A stretch of DNA of 41,671 bases from Bigelowiella natans CCMP2755 (GCA_000320545.1 ADNK01000889.1:1-41671); one strand, 5' to 3'. Numbered from the stretch's first letter, positions 13,197 to 25,943 are shown. Numbers and translations are program-made. The notes: generated by a model from the letters alone, not told the origin.

Positions 13197-14115
13197 ACCC
13201 TCAGGAAATGGCCCGAGCGAACAAAAGAGGTAATGAAAGGCCTCCGAGTCTGGGCGAAGAAGGCTTTTGGCCTCGAGGATGTTCGCATCGACGCTGATGT
13301 CAACGAGTAATGATTACCAGATCGGATACAGAGTGTCATCAATATAGTTTCCAGAAGACACGCAAATATAGAAAACCAAAAATACAAGATACACGTGTAT
13401 TTACTAGTGCAAAGCAAATTATTATGGTATTTGCGGGGTGACTTGCGAGTGTGTGTATGCGGGTGAATGGGTGTGGGTATGCTCAACAAGCAATACATAG
13501 AGAATAGTTTACTCCCCTGCGCTGCTAAGACGACGTGCCCCCTCCCTCATGCCCTCACTGCCACCGCCAACATCGCCATCATCAACACCATCAGATTCAT
13601 CTGGCACAAGGGCAAGAAACACATTCCCCTGCGCATTCGTGTGCGGCTCGAGAAAATTCGGCAGGTGGGCCGCATGGACCGGCATCTGAACCGATTGGAC
13701 GACGCGCTGTTCACAAAAGTCTCTTACGTGCATGTCGACACCTTCAAGGGGAAGGAGACGGAGGTGCGTGCGTGCATGATTAGGAGGAGAAGAATCTTCT
13801 CAGTTGAACAATACATCTAAGAGCGGTCGGTGGGTGGTAGTTTTCCATGGCCAACTAGCAGCCCCTTGGGATAAAATCTCTGCTCCGCACATGCACGCAT
13901 GAGACAGGGACCTCCCCTTCAACCCGGCTCCCTCATTATTCTCCTCGTTGAAATGAATAACGGTGCAATGCTGTTATTTGTAGGTGAAATACGGGGTGCC
14001 GAGGATATTGACACCAGCAGGAAACATCGTTGTCGAGGGGGAGTTGGAGGAGGAAGTGCAGGCGGAGGAGGCACATGAGGAGATCGAGCCAGAGCAGGAC
14101 GACTACGTGACGTAG
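11633..14115 (+). CDS. RPL31: Divergent 60S ribosomal protein eL31 homolog with long acidic N-terminal extension and acidic C-terminal tail; first exon tentative
   Basis: Core exons: [13 protein letters not shown]...|[33 protein letters not shown]|[20 protein letters not shown]...[19 protein letters not shown], matching the eL31 motifs TINLHK, DVRID..LN..IW..G...P.RIRVRL and FKGL.T. These are preceded by a D/E-rich exon (about 11995-12390) and followed by VKYG...[26 protein letters not shown] (13984-14115). Confidence 0.85.
12505..12625. repeat. Compound (GA)n-(TA)n microsatellite in an eL31 intron; representative of many intronic microsatellites in the window
   Basis: Directly visible GA and TA dinucleotide runs. 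Similar (GA)n, (TA)n, (CA)n, (CAT)n and (GTA)n tracts occur in introns of the OSBP, pyruvate kinase and chromodomain genes. Confidence 0.95.
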
Positions 14116-14354
14116 TCGTCGTAGCTGCTGCCAGCGATGTATGTGCGTATGTGTGCATGCAACAACGGCAGACTGATTATTTGGTGAATAATCCATCTGG
14201 TCGGTGGTATCAAGGAAGAAGTCAAGTCGATATATGGACATCGATGCCTTCATATTCTCATACTTACATTACACACACCTACAAGTGTAGGAGTGTAGAT
14301 GTGTGATAAATAATAATATTGATAAATAATGCTGATAATATTCACATATAATTC

Positions 14355-14392
<38 letters not shown>

Positions 14393-14948
14393 CATACATA
14401 TATACCACAAACACATAGTGCACATATGAACAAGATCAAGTGGAAGATAAATTTCAAGGGAATACGGCAAGAATATGTATAATTTGCTTGGAATGTATCC
14501 GCAACATCAGCCATTTATATATGTTTAATACAGAAGGCACGTTCAATCTAATGTTGGTGAATCAATTTAGATGCCACTGCATGTACTTACGTAATAATCT
14601 ATATGTGTGCATGCACATTGCGTCACTAGATGAACATGTATCATCAGCCTGTCCGCGTGGTGGCAGGCTAGCTCGCATATGGCATATTTTTTACAGCATA
14701 GCGCATTGTCTAGATTGTGTGGCGCGTTCGACAATTCTGCTAGAACTAGCGCTGTACATGTATTCTATAACATTTGGCTACCGTGCTATGCCGACGCATA
14801 ACGTTGCATCGTATGACATACGTGTTCCTAAATGTCCACAGATGGTCAGTGAACATGTTTAATCGCTTCATGACATCCGTCTCATGCTCAGACAGCTGCG
14901 GGTACCGCTGCGCGTGTGCGCAGATGAATGATGTGTTGTGGCGGATCA

Positions 14949-16123
14949 TCATGTACATACGTGGAACATGGCGTTGATGATGCGTAAAAAATTGGAGCCG
15001 CTGATAGGAATATACTCTTGTATTATTTCTGTCTCTGGAGATAGATTCTTTCGCTTTTTCTCTTTCTGCTTTGCGATGGCTAGATGGGTAAAACAAGATT
15101 TTCTTTCCTGGCGGCCCACCATGCTGCGCCCGATGGCACGAGCAGCACGGTGACTCCTGCCGCTGTTACTACTGCTGCTATCGAAGCACGTCATCGTCGT
15201 GTTGTCCGACCCAACATACATGTTACTGCCGTTGTAAATTGATAGGGACGTCGTGAAATTTGGGTGGGATGGTCCACAGGTTGCGGGGCGGCCCAAGCTA
15301 GCAAGCGATGACGGGCATTCGGGGACAACAGCTGCATCGCCGCTGCCCCCTGACAGAGCCATATCAACGGTAGAAAAAGGAGACGCACAGGTATTCAGCG
15401 CTTTCATACCATCATCACTGACAGCCCATTCTCCTCCCAGACTGATACTCCAGCAAAGTGCGGTTTCATTCTGAATGGCCGTTTTCGGCCAGCAACTCGT
15501 ACTCCAGCCAGTTCCGCGTTGAAGCGACTCGCTCCGTAACAAATAAATGTACCAAAATATCCTAGGATGGATTTCTTCCGCAAAACTGGATGATAGAGTG
15601 AAAAAGACCTGGCACACTGCTGGAAACTCGATCACACTGTGGTTTTATCATCGGGATATTTCCGGGCGCAACTTCACTTCCTTCGTTGTCATTAGTGTGG
15701 GAGTCGTATCCTCGACAACTATTTTCGTGCCTGCCATGACAACAACGACAACACAACGACAACAACAAATGGCAATCCGAAGTCAGCTAAAGCGCCGTTG
15801 ACAGGCATGCTACGCAGTTTGTTGGGAGCACATGCTACTTTTTCTTCGGAATTGGAGGCCAAATCGGGTAGAAACTCCCCGTAATCCCGTTGGATTATCA
15901 CCGAAATCCCTGGCTTGTGACACTGTGTACTTAAAGGTGGAGCTCTGCAAGTAACGTCTTTGAATTTTGCCCAGAGACAAGGGAGTAAACAGAGACGCAA
16001 AGCAGCAAACCCTTGCCGGACCAGCTCAAGAGTTGTGTCTGAAAGCGGGAGCTTTGAGAAGGATTCGACAGTTATATCATAATGCGACAATTTATCGATG
16101 ATGTCGTAGTATAAATATTCCAT
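14949..16123 (-). other. Possible uncharacterised transcription unit (ORFs 16123-15719 and 15635-14949), divergent from pyruvate kinase
   Basis: Two minus-strand ORFs (134 and 228 aa). The first starts at a true ATG 77 bp from the PK ATG. No recognisable domain and no convincing splice joining them. Confidence 0.3.
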
Positions 16124-16200
16124 TGGTTTTCCTGATCATCGACCCGAGCCCGAACCCCCCCCCCTTGAGAAATTCCCCCAACCCCCACACTATTTTCAAG

Positions 16201-17163
16201 ATGTTACGCAGGGGTAGAATGAGTTCCACCTTCAAGGTGGCGACTGCAATGGGCTTGATGGTTGCTGTAGCAGTGGTTGGTAGCCTTAGATCACCAGCAG
16301 GAGCTGATGCAAGAACCCTTTCAATCTCCCAAGCCCGAGCAGCAAAATCGGCGGCGACTACGATAATTCCAGGCCGACAAAACAACCTGGTCACTCTCCT
16401 AGCTTTGGGCAAATATGTGAAAATAAACATCTTGCAGCATCGATTTTAAGAAAAAACGTGAGAGCGAAGTGGGATTCGAGGGGGGTCCGGCAAGTGTGGC
16501 AGGGTATTCTGGTGTAAAACTCATTTACTTGCACGGCAAGTTACCAACACGCCTAAACTTCCTACACTTCCAAGAATATAGAGAAGGGTTGTAATTAATC
16601 TGGTTGATCTTCTATGATGTTCTTGCACCATCCATAGGGCATTTACGGCAGGATTCAATGGCACCGGGAACAAACACCATCAATGAATCTCCGCAAAGGT
16701 CAATCGCTTCTCGCCAAAGAAGCACCAGCCGTGCATTAGAGCTCCTTGATGTTGCAAATGTTTGCATGGTCGAGTATATGTATACGAGTCCTATTTTTAA
16801 AATGCTCTCACGCATCTTCCCGCGCATGCTATGGGTTTCATCATACTAGCAGAGATGTGGAGCGTGCGCTCTAGCGCCGTGGAGAAGCCATCATCCGTGA
16901 GCGATTCGACCACTATTGCAACCAGGTTTTGAATAATCAGCCAAAATTAGATTTGCAAGTGAAAGGGTGAAGAAAGGGCGGGGGGCTAGGGTCATCTATC
17001 TTGCCTTTTTCCATACTTTCATTGTGAGTTGATATTGGGCTGCTCTTTCTTGTATAACAGGCCGGATCGGCCCGGTATCCAAAAGGTTGCATCCACCTCG
17101 TTTGCCTCCTTCGACCCTTCCAAGTTTCCAGGTGCCACTTATTGTAAGCGTGCAGAGGAGAAG

Positions 17164-17194
<31 letters not shown>

Positions 17195-18662
17195 TGCAAG
17201 ATGAAGGAAACCAACAAAGAGATACTGTGTCTAAACAAACGTATTCATCAGTGCCTTAAATTGTTGTTATCGGTCTTCATCTCAATGAATCGCTTTCGCA
17301 GGTCCGTTCTCTAAGACAAAGATCCTTGCCACGGTACGAATTTAGGGGGGGGGGGGGGATCAGACATGTGGAAGGGTGTGACACTAAGGGAAAGCAAAGA
17401 TTCTGCATCATACTCATCTCCCCCCCCCCCTTCTCTCTTTCTCTTAGAAACACTGATAATGTATCGTCATAAATCCTCCTTTTCTGTTGGTTTCGGCGGT
17501 GCATTAAAATAATACCCATTATAATCACCCCCCCCCGCACTCCCCTTCTTCCTGTACAACAATCCAAAAGGTTGGTCCCGCAAGCGAGTCGTTTGAAATG
17601 CTGGAGAAGCTGTGGTTGGCAGGGGTCGACGTGTTCCGTATTAATCTCTCACATGGAAGCCACGAAAAGCACAGAGAGGTTCGTCTATGCAAATGGCTAT
17701 CAGCACCGCTTACTTATTCTAGTTCTTCGCTGTACCCACCCTCTGCCTTGTATAGCCATCGCCATTGTCCTGACCCATGCATTTATTCGCTGCTGTTAGG
17801 TCGTGAAGAACATCCGCGACTTGGAGGAGAAGTACGCGTGCGTTATCGGGATCCTGCTCGACCTCCAAGGGTAGGCATGCTAGTCGTATTTCAGACATCA
17901 ACACAAGCACACACCACCTCCTTCTTCTCCCCCCACCCCCCCCTCCATTGGATTCCTTCCTGCCTTAGACCTAAGCTCCGTGTTGGCCGGTTTAAGGATG
18001 GTCCGATCATGCTTGAGAAGGTACGTGCTTGCGAATACGCGTTTTTGTGTGCGCGCACGTTATTTGTTCTATTTTCTGCTGATAGTTAGCACTCATTCTC
18101 GATGACGAGGATCAAACTCTGTCGTCTTCTCTATACCCCCTCTCCTTTAATATGACGATAATAATTTCTGTGTGCTTTCTCCATATTCTTGCTCCTTCGT
18201 CGTCTCATCGTCTCGTCGTCTCGTCGTCGTCGTCGTCGTCGTCATGTCACCACAGGGAGCTAAGTTTCGTATGGATATGAACGGTTGTGCCACGTCTCTG
18301 ACTCAAAGAAAAAGAGAGTTAGAGGATAGTGAAAAGCGGGAGAGGGAGTAGGATGACAGAGATTTAATAAGATCTGTTACCCTCCCTCCCTCTTCCCATC
18401 AACAATAAACACCTTCGCTTTTTGTTTATAATTATCGTTGTCGTCATCGTTGTCGTCGTCGTCATCTAAATGTGTTTACTACCTATTCTTCCTGCTGCTG
18501 CTTTCTTCTATTGCTTGCTCCTAAACGGCTTCTTGCTGATGCTGCTGCTACTACTACACTACTGCGCAGAGGAGCTAGGAGATATCAACCGTGTACAATT
18601 GCCACACCCCGAGATCTTTGCGGTGAGTATTACCAGATGGGAAGAAGAGGAGGGAGGGGGGA

Positions 18663-18703
<41 letters not shown>

Positions 18704-19288
18704 GGATAGACAAAGAGAACATCCTGCTTTGAGCTATAATATCGTTTGATGATTCGTACAGTGTGCGGGCATGTGGTAATAAATACAATGCTCTTCCTAC
18801 TATACAGGCGCTGGAGCCGGGCACATCTCTTCTCCTCGATGACGGAAAGGTGCTGTCTGCCAAATGCCACATCTACGTGCCACCTCCCCCCGACCGCTCT
18901 CTTTCCCCCAAATACTAAATACATACTTACCTTCCTCTCCCTACTACGGACGACAGGTGAAGCTGAAAGTGCTAGATTGCGGCCCAGACTTTGCTGAGAC
19001 TGAGGTACAGCCTACAGCAATCGATTCATGCTGCGATAAGGATGATGATAATGATGATGATGATGACGTTGCCGTTTGTTTCTTATTCCTCCTCTTGTAT
19101 CATCAACGCCGATGTCATCATCATCGTCATCATCACCATCATCATCATTATTATCGTGGCTTCATCGTTGATAGTACCATCGTCATAATGCAACTCTTCG
19201 TACATCGCCAGGTCGTCGTCCCTGGCAAGTTATCCGAGCGTAAAGGAGTTAACGTGCCTGAGGTGCTGCTAAAGACACAATACACATC

Positions 19289-19324
<36 letters not shown>

Positions 19325-20264
19325 CATGCATGTACGCGCGCACGTGTATATCCGGCTCACAAAAGAGTACGATATTCTTTCCAAGGTCACTCTCCCCATC
19401 TCTGCGATGACTGAGAAGGACAAGAAGGACGCGCTCTTCGGCGTGGAGGTAGAAAGCAATTGCAGCGGTGCTTGCTGCTAGGAGCCGAATAGTAGTATCT
19501 GGGAAGGAAAGGGCGACAGGAGGAAGGGGGGGGGAGAAGAAAGACGAACAACAGCTACTATGTCACCATTATCATCATCTTTTTCTTCTTCTTCTTCTTC
19601 CTCCTCCTCCTCCTCCTCCTCCTCCTCCAGAGTGCGCATATTGTTGCATGATCGCAATAAATCAATCAAACAAACACCGCTCACATGATAACTAATAAGG
19701 TCGGTGTGGACTGGATGGCATTGAGCTTCGTTCAGAAGGCGGAGGACATCACGGAGCTGAGAGATCTTGTCGGCGCTGACGCGTAAGAAAGAAGAGACGA
19801 GGAGGAGGAGGAGCAGAGGGGAGGGAGGGAGGGAGAGAGAGAGAGAGAGAGAGGAGACGTAATGAAGAAAGGTATTCAATTTTCGCAGGCACCAGCAATA
19901 ACGTTCTATACTATTCCTCCTCCTCCTCCCCCTCCTCTTCCCTCTGCCGTCATTTCGGTCAAACTAGGGTGAAGATCATGGCTAAAATCGAGAAGCCATC
20001 GGCGGTGGATGACTTGGAGCGTATCTCGGTGGAGGTCGACGGCATCATGGTAGCTCGCGGCGACCTGGGCGTGGAGCTATCACCGCACCAAGTGCCGGTC
20101 GTGCAGAAGCGCATAGTCTCTCACATGCGCAAGGTCGGCAAGCCTGTCGTCGTTGCCACGCAGATGCTCGAGTCCATGATCACATCTCCAACACCTACGA
20201 GGGCCGAGGTAGGTGTTTTCCGGCAGGATCCTTCTTGTGAATGCGCGCACGCGCACGCGCGCGC

Positions 20265-20299
<35 letters not shown>

Positions 20300-20503
20300 T
20301 TGTCGTCAATGCTCTGTCCCCGGATGATGGTATATCGCAGCAAACATCGGGACCAACAAATGATGTGCTCCCCCCCCCTACCCCTCTCTTCTCAGGCCAA
20401 CGACGTGGCTAATGCTATTTACGATGGGGCTGACGCGGTGATGCTCAGTGCGGAGTCTGCAGCAGGTGTAGTAATTGCCCAATCTACCAATGCGCTGCGC
20501 CTT

Positions 20504-20549
<46 letters not shown>

Positions 20550-22592
20550 TATTTGTGTGTGTGTGTGTGTGTAACCCTCCTCCCCTTAGGTCAGTATCCT
20601 GTGGAAGCCGTGACTACTATGGAGTCGATCATTAAGGAGGTGGAAGGCAATCCCGAGTGAGTAAATAGTAGTAGTAGTAGTAGCAGTAGTAGCAGTAGCA
20701 GTAGTCGTAGCGGTAGTAGTGGAAGTAAGTAGTAGTAGCAGTAGTAGTAGTGGTGGTGGTGGTGGTGACAGTAGTAGAGTTAGTTTCAGGAGTAGCACTC
20801 GATGACCGTTCCATCGTCTACCCCCTTCCTCATTCCCGCATATTTGCTTAAACGAATGCGTGCAGATACCGCGTCCGTATGGAGAGCGGCCAGTCCATTC
20901 AGCCTTTAAGCCAGGTAATAGTCGGGTCTTCTTGTGATTTAATAACAGTCAGAAAAGACAAGATCACTCTGATGATGCGGCCTAAAATATGCTATCTCCC
21001 TACAAATCCCCCTCCCCTCTCTCTCTCCATGTGGCTCTCTGCCATCCTCCTCCTCCTCCTCCTCCTCCTCCTCCTCCTCCTCCTCCAGGACGCCATGATC
21101 CCTGCTGCTCGTAACTTGGCGCGCAACATCAACGCATCTGCCATAGTGTGCTTTACGACGTGGGGCCGCATTGCTCAAAGGTACAACAACGACAACAAGC
21201 CCCCCTCTCTGAACCACTACAACTGCTTCCTCTCCCACCCCCCCCCCCCCCCCATGTTCAGTGAGTATTCTGTTGTGATTTTTTACTCCTACGGTTGTAC
21301 TCGCATGGTGTGGTTGTGCAGGATTTCCCAGGAAAGATCCACCAGACCTGTCATTGCTCTATCGAACAATCGAAAGGTGTGTGGCTAACGTGTTCCTTCC
21401 CCCCTCCCATTTTGCGTCTCTGTTTTTTGGCAGCAGTGTATGTAACACATGCGTCAGTGTTACTGCCTTCTAGCCTGCCCTAAGGCATAGATGATATGTG
21501 AGGAGAGAGGCAGATGTGGATGGGGGTGGATGATTGGTGCTACATTCTTGTATTGTGTTGTTTTAACATTTCCCTCTCCCCACTCCCTAACAACGGTATA
21601 GACGGCTCGGCGATTGGCTCTATCGTGGGGTGAGTAAGTGGGGAAGAAGAGACAGTAAGGGGGGGTGGGGGAACAAGAAGAGTAGAAAGGACATGTTTCC
21701 GCAGCCCCCTTTATTTTGATCTTCTGTGTCCTGCGTGTGAATTTATAGTGGTTTGTTTGAGCCGTTCCACTTCGTTTACGATGATCTCTATTCTGCATTT
21801 ATACTTCAATGCTGCATGCGGGAGAGCATCTGTATCATAGAGGCAGCGAGGGAGGTGGCTGCACGAAACGAGGATGGAGAGAGATGTTTGTCTTATAGCC
21901 ATCTCCCCATTATTCTCCCCCTGGTGATATACTAGGCGTATATCCGATCTTCGATGCATGCGATCCGGTGGAATGCGTGAGTGTGGAGGATAACATCTCG
22001 TACGAAAACTTCAACTTTGACACCGTAAGAGGAGCAACACCTTATCACCTTCTTTCCCAGAACAGCAGCAGCAACAACAACAACAACAACAACAACAAAG
22101 AGACGATAAGACGATTTACGACGATTTGACCCTTGGTGTTGCATGACGACACATGCTTCGCTGTGGTACTCCCTCACTCACCGGGACTTGTTCCTTCTTT
22201 TCGTTAAACTCTCCTTCCAGGTGATCGAGCTTGCACGTGATGTCGCGGGAAAAAAGAAGCTCGCGAAGGCGGGAGACTTGCTAGTCGTTACGGGGTACGT
22301 TCTTATTTTATCAAGTGCTTGATAAAGTTGTAGTTTAGGGTGGTAGTAGTAAGGACGGGGAGTAGCAGGCTTGCTCTTGTTCGAAATGCGGTGGACGCTG
22401 GGTTTAAACAAAAACAATGTTTCGGAGAGGAGGAGGATAGGGGGGCTCAGGGACCAGGAATAACACTGCATCACTGTGGAGACGACTGATGATTGCCACA
22501 CGTGCTATCTGACCCTGCAACAAAACCGTGTTGATTTGTAACGTGACGAAACAAAACAAAAATGTATTCATACGAATCATAATCCCCCCCCC

Positions 22593-22643
<51 letters not shown>

Positions 22644-22730
22644 TGCTTATATAGTTGGCAGCCTGGAGGGGTTCAAGGAGCGAACATCATCAGAGTCGTT
22701 CAAATGCCGGCAGAGGAAAATAGGCTGTAG
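16201..22730 (+). CDS. pyk: Pyruvate kinase, proteobacterial-like, with signal peptide plus transit-like leader (probably plastid-targeted); more than 20 introns
   Basis: Spliced exons give KTKILAT|[19 protein letters not shown]|[73 protein letters not shown]|[22 protein letters not shown] and [16 protein letters not shown] (stop 22728-22730). The N-terminus [28 protein letters not shown] is signal-like; the leader exon junctions are not fully resolved. Confidence 0.95.
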
Positions 22731-22791
22731 TTTTTCTAGCAAACCCCGCAATAGCTATGGCGGATAACCTAATATTAAATACATACATATA

Positions 22792-22827
<36 letters not shown>

Positions 22828-23269
22828 CATGTTGTTCATTTTTATATCCATAGCCTTCTCTTTCTTTTATTTCCCGTACTGTCTTTGCATCTTTCCATGC
22901 TCAATCACTAGCAGGCCAGCACACTGCACACTAAAAAATAGTTATTGCGTCGTCTGATGAATTGATTTCGCAACGGAGTTGCATTACCGTTCTAGCGTTT
23001 CGTGCTTGTTAGCATTGTATGACATGCATGTTGCCAGAGACGCAATCATTAGAGCACTGCTGATGTGTCTAGATCTGTGTAGACAATGACACACATTGAA
23101 CCGTGCACATGCGATGTGTTGCGCAGCGTATCATCTAGGCTCTAGCTAGCTAGGGTTCAATCTCCAGATTCGCACATGCAGCAGCTACAACGTGACACCT
23201 TGTGTGAAGAGATCTGCACATGCAATGATGTGATGTGCACGCAATGCATCGCAGAATGTGTGCGTGATG

Positions 23270-23680
23270 TTCCGTTGACTAGTTGGAGTTGTCCATCATG
23301 TGACGTTGTGTGCAATTCACACGCAATGTCACGTTGTCTGTCACACCTCGCTAGCTCGATGTTTGCCTTCGCATCAACCAGGTGCTTGACCATGCCTCAA
23401 CACGACCTTTCCAGCTTTCCGAGTGCCAGAGCTAGAGAGTGCCCAAAGTCAACGCGATGCGTGTGACGGTCCTTCGTCTCAACACTTGCCTTTGCACCAA
23501 CCAGTCACTTGACGGTCTCCAAATGACCACCTTCAGAACACCAAAGCAACGGCGTGTAACCCCTGCGTGTGAACACGCGATCCTGCAATCCTTCGCCTGG
23601 ACACCTGCCTTTTGAGAATTGAATGCTTGAGTTGAGGAAGATCGTTGTCACGTGCTGCTTTGAAGATGATTTTGAAAATT
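23270..23680 (-). pseudogene. Ankyrin-repeat pseudogene fragment
   Basis: Minus-strand reading: IFKAARDNDLPQLK ... GYTPLLWCSEGGHLETVK*LVGAKASVETKD ... *GMVKHLVDAKANIE ... LHTTSHDGQLQLV. These are ankyrin consensus blocks interrupted by in-frame TGA at 23507-23505 and 23399-23397. Confidence 0.8.
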
Positions 23681-24412
23681 GGTGAAAAACTTTGCAAGCA
23701 GGCAATGGAGTGGGGGAAGCTGCACATGCGAACACATCAATGAACAATGAGCAATGATGATGAACTACATTTCCAAAGTGTTGCAAGACACTTGCAGTGT
23801 GCGGAACGCAGTGCCTCGAACAGAACACATCGCAGCTTTCGCACTGCCGAACGTTCGGAGATCGGCTTCGGTTCGTTCAATTGTCGCAACATGAAAACAA
23901 AAGCCCGACTTCCTGGACTTCCACCCTTTGCTTTGATTGCAGCTTGTCGTGACTCTTTCCGGTGTTCACAAATGGGACCAAAATTTCAGACTGCGACATC
24001 AAATTCGATCTGTCGTCAACCGGTAATCTTTGGGTAAGGGGGTGTACTCGAAGCTAAAAATAGCTCTGATGACGCTCTTTGCAGCAGAAAAAGACCGACG
24101 TTTGTTTGGAAGGAATTTGGAAAGACGGGCCGCCCCCCGTCGCCCCCCCCTCGACTTTTTTTGAACCAAACCAGAAATTTCCAGAGTGACAGAGGAAAGA
24201 AGGGCGTGCGACAGTAGTGGAAACGAGTGCAAACTAAGGTAACGAACGAACTACTCGGAGAATTGTTTGTGCAGAGTGATATAGGCCAGACGACTACCCC
24301 TGCTTCCTTGACTTTTTTCTGAAAAAATTCTTTTAATGATCAAAACACCTTTTTTGTTTCCAGGACACCAAACAACACATATCCTATTGCGTTGCTATCC
24401 CCAGAAAGAAGA

Positions 24413-25943
24413 ATGCCCGTGCTCCAGCCGTATACGGGGGTAAGCAGTAACAAGGATTACGAAAGGAAAGTGAAGCAGTGTGCCTTCTGGCCTAACTGCA
24501 AGCACCATTCAATGTGCAAATACGTTCACGCTTTCGTAGACCCGTCAAAGGCAGGGATCTGTCAATATGCTCTCAATCGCGTTTGCGTCAATACCGAAGA
24601 AACGTGTGGGTACATGCACCTGCCTATTCCACTGGAGGCCTGGGAGACCATCTCGCAGCGGTGTAGGAGTCTCGAACAAGCGAAGAGGTACGTTGAGAAG
24701 TCGCAGGGGATATCATGGAACCAGATGGTTATCGACCAGGATGAGCATGCCAAAGATGTTGCCTACCTGCGCAAAAGCTTACCATGTAAAGACTGGTCCC
24801 ACCATCGTTGCCCCAAGAAGATCTGCAACCTTGTACACGCCTGGATCCAACCGGGGAAGAAGGGGATATGCCAGAGGTTTTACAAACGGTCCTGCACGAA
24901 TCGGAGGTGCACTTATCAGCATCTCAACATGCCTCTCAAGGAGTACGAGGCGCTCGCCCAGGGCACCCGCAGCTTTAAAGAGTTGTATGCGAAGATCGCC
25001 GCAAGGTACGGCTGGGAGGCAGCAAACATGATGACCGATGTGCATCGACCTGCCCCTCAAGTCCACGAGCGTAAGGTTGTTCAATGCGAGCACTGGAAAA
25101 CGAAGGAGTGCTTCGTTGGTTCAAACTGTCTCTATCTCCATGGACACGTGAAGCCAGGGAAGAAAGGGCTGTGCATCAACTACATGAAAGGCAAATGCAA
25201 GAAGGGAAATGCGTGCGTATACCAGCACATTGACATCGATATAATGCACTATGAACGTCTCAGTGAGAAAGCGAAGAACTACGAGGAGCTCGAAAAGATC
25301 CTCCCAAGATGCGACGACGAATTAGACGCGGACCTCATCAGGGAGGCTGCCAACGTTTCCCTGAAAGAACAGACAAAATCCACCGTGGTCATCGACGACC
25401 CAGCACGACCTTTGGTTTGGAAAGAAGAAGAGGAGAAGAAGAAGAAGATGTGTCGGGAAAATAGAGCTGTAAAACCTGGGCAGCAGGGGCAGCAGCAGCA
25501 GCAGCAGCAGCAGCCTCATCAGCAAACCACACTCTGGACTAATCATCATCCTCCTCGCATGTGGGCGGCGGCGGCGGCTGCTGCTCCTGCTGCAAGGAGG
25601 GGCCATAGCATCTGGGACGGTGGTGGGAACAAGGCAGCAGCAGCACCTTTAAGTAAACCGCCAACAGGAGCTACTCGTGGGGTTATTCGGTCTCCCAACC
25701 TTCACGACATGAAATCGCAATCGGTGGTGGAGAGAGCCCCGCCTTGGTCTCACGCCTCCTTCGGATCACGGTCTGCCGCTGCTGCTCTTGCTGCTGCTAC
25801 TGGTGGTGGTGGTGGTGGTTCTAGGGCGCCGACAACCTCCCTCCAACCTCCCGGTTTCGCCGATGTTAAGAGGTACAGTGACAACTCGGAAAGTGAAAGC
25901 TCCATCGATGACATGGAGAGCATACCGGGGGGGGGTCTTCTTA

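Noticed and set aside
23397-23507. TGA recoding (selenocysteine or Trp) in the ankyrin sequence
   Set aside because: A second stop, an apparent frame break and degraded consensus indicate pseudogenisation; neighbouring genes translate without internal TGA.
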